DNA of 64,000 bases from Vicugna vicugna (taxonomy: Eukaryota). The stretch lies in NCBI GenBank assembly GCA_013265495.1, contig MU057521.1, positions 62,001-126,000 of the forward strand. The letters are read 5' to 3'. The notes under the pieces are model-generated. The model worked only from the letters and a program-made list of their open reading frames with translations. It had not been told where the DNA came from and did no database searches. Positions within the stretch are counted from its first letter, which is position 1; every line of letters starts with the position of its first letter. Positions 61,600-64,000 of this stretch are shown here, one piece after another. The translations under genes and the position numbers were made by a program.

Positions 61600-62123
61600 G
61601 TTATATTGACCAAGATGGCTTTAAGGTCCCTCTGAGCTGGATTAACCTTTAGACAGACTTCTTCCTGATTTGATTTCCTTAGAGCTTTTACCTTAAAGAA
61701 CTGTTTTGTCTTCTCCATTGAGATATGACTTTTAAAAAGTCTCTTGTCAGTTTCACAACTCAGGAATGCCTTTCTCAAGGACCTGGGGCCACTGCTTTGA
61801 AGTATAATTATGAAGGAAGGTAGTGCCCCTTTCTTTGAGTCTTGGTGGAAGGATAGGAACCTCAATTAGGTAGGCTTCTTGCTCTAAGTTGTAAACTACC
61901 TCTTGTTACAAGAATATGAGAAACTTGACTTTCCTTTTGGATAAAGCCAGTTAACGTACACAGAAGACCTGGGTCCCCTTTTCCCCAGCTCCTGCTCTTA
62001 GAACTCTAAGGCCCCTAGAGTGGAACTTAAACTGAGTTCTGGCCTCTCTCCTCTATTGCGATAGCCTTAAATAAAGTCTTCCTTATCTGTTAACTTTGTC
62101 CAGTGCAGTTTTTTGCTTTGACA
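61600..62123 (+). mobile_element. Solo ERV1 LTR, MER34-like
   Basis: gtctcttgtcagtttcacaactcaggaatgcctttctcaaggacctgggg, AATAAA, terminal tttgaca. Homologous to 24190-24546. Confidence 0.85.
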
Positions 62124-63169
62124 ATATACAGCTCACTTCAGGACTGGAAGGGAAGCTTTAGTTCTCATTCTCATGGAGGCAATTTAAGTCACTGTTAGAA
62201 GTTATTTATAAAGTACTTCACATTGAGAGCTTTCCAACAAAAAAGAAAAGAAAAATCAGATTGAAGGTGTACTTTCTAGACTAAATCTCAAAGATTTTGC
62301 AAAAATCCATAAGTCTCTGTAGTTTCAGTTGCTCATGTATGCAAATAGCTTTACAGTTATTTAACATTTTTTTGTAGTTTCCTTGTTGGCTGCTTTTGGC
62401 TCTGATTATCATTCTATCCTGTCCACTCCTTTCAAAGCCTACAATCTATTGTTGCCACACCTCATAGTATTTATCTTTGGTGTGTATTTTGTTTTTATAA
62501 AATGCTTTTAGCTAAGTAAATGCATTTCTTTTTCTTTTATTGGAAGACTTACATTGTTTTGTCAAAACGTTTTCTCATGGTAACACTGATACGCCCTAGC
62601 TCTTTGAATTCCTTTAAGATATTAAAGTTGGCTATTTACTAATCGTAAAGAGCCTAGTTTTGTTAGGAATATGCCTGTATTTAAGAAAAATGGGTTTTTG
62701 AAGTCATAGAAGAGAAGAAACTTAATGCTATTTATTTTATCTACGATTTTTATCTTTATCTTACATTTGTTAGGAGGAACAAATATAAGACTGACAAACT
62801 AGAATCACAGGAAAACAACACAATGTGAATGTTTCTAGGACATCATTAATTGAATGCCAGACTAGTGTTTAAGGAATGTTACTGCTAATTCTCAAGTCTT
62901 TTATAGTTTTCTCATAATTTTGTCAATTATTTCTTAATGACATATCATTAAAGTAATGTAGAAAACAGAGGAACAGATGTCATACTAGTTAAATTTGTTA
63001 GGGCCCCTTTGTTTTTATCAAACTCACATTGTCCTTGAAAATTTATAATGTGCTGAGCACTATGCGATCGGGACACAGGAAGGAGATGTTAAAAACAGAT
63101 TAGAAAAAGAGCTGCACAGTTTTGTTCAAAAAATGCCTTCTACTGCAAAACTTAAACACTGATTTATTT

Positions 63170-64000
63170 ATTATCTCATTTAACAGATATTTATTAAGTC
63201 TCGTAAGCAGTCCAGAAACCGATGCAAACTGATAGATAACTGATAAACGATTGCACTGTAACAGAAGTGACTGCTTGCTTGTCTAAATGCTGAACTATGT
63301 TAGCATACAATAACAAGGAATTGCATAGGAAGGGAACTTAATTCATCTTGGATGGCTATGGAAAGTTCCAAACAATGAAAATGTATAATTTATAGCCTGA
63401 AGGATGAGTACCAACTAGCTAAGCAAAGGGAAGAGGTTGCAAACTAAAGGGATTACATTTTAAATGGTCCAGATCAGAGAACATGATTTTAGCTTGAAAT
63501 TGAGTTAAACAGATTCTCCTCAAACATAGACTGTGAAGTTTGGGGAAAGAATAGTGCTAAATCGGGTGGCATAGACAAAATCAGAAAGGGTTTTATATAC
63601 CATACTAAATCGTTTGAGCTTTATCTTGAGTACCATAGAGAACCACTGAAGGATTTTAGGCAGGATAATTTTAAAGTCATATTAATGCTTAAGACGTGGC
63701 CGTGAATACAGTGTCTCTGTCAAGAATGGAGTCTAGGGAACATGTTAGGAGGCTATGTGAGAGTTGAGGATGGCTCAACCAAGATAGTAGAGATCCAATT
63801 AAGAGAAGGATAAAAATACAGAAATACTGAAGAGGATAAGTCAAAAAGATCTAATTGATTTATGGGAGATGTTGGAGAAAAGGGGGAGTAAGCGTTGACA
63901 CATTTTTCATTCGGGAAGGTGACACAGTGATGTCATTCACAGGAATAGGAGAAAGAGTAGGAAGGATAGAAAATGAGTCCAGGTTTAAATATGTTAATTT
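63170..64000 (-). mobile_element. L2 LINE fragment
   Basis: tcatttaacagatatttattaag (reverse L2 end); gagctttatcttgag...accactgaaggattttaggcagg; gttaggaggcta. Confidence 0.82.

Noticed and set aside
1..64000. ORF-track entries as host genes
   Set aside because: All are 153 aa or shorter, many use non-ATG starts, and none resembles a host protein I recognise. The recognisable ones are L1, L2 or ERV-L relics.
1..64000. Using repeat orientation to infer a host-gene strand
   Set aside because: L1 and LTR copies occur on both strands in similar numbers, so there is no usable bias.

Overview
AT-rich, CpG-depleted eutherian genomic DNA (intergenic or deep intronic), most likely from a camelid: it has a tRNA-Ala-derived vic-1-type SINE and cetartiodactyl-type L1 3' ends, and I saw no Alu, B1, Bov-A/tA or PRE elements. 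I can support no host protein-coding gene, functional RNA gene or CRISPR array. The recognisable ORFs are decayed retroelement fragments (L1 ORF2, L2 endonuclease/RT, ERV-L integrase/dUTPase). A large part of the window is interspersed repeats: L1 of several ages, some with intact target-site duplications, plus L2, MIR, ERV1/ERVL LTRs and Tigger/hAT MITEs. The notable signals are small-scale: several template-switch or fold-back scars, a possible short L1 3' transduction, an ultra-truncated L1, a consensus CTCF site in an LTR, an RFX X-box, an E-box/octamer cluster and some splice-site-bounded candidate exons including a 12-nt microexon. I found no demonstrable new biological system. Repeat family names are from recall of consensus sequences, not a search, and boundaries without TSDs are approximate.
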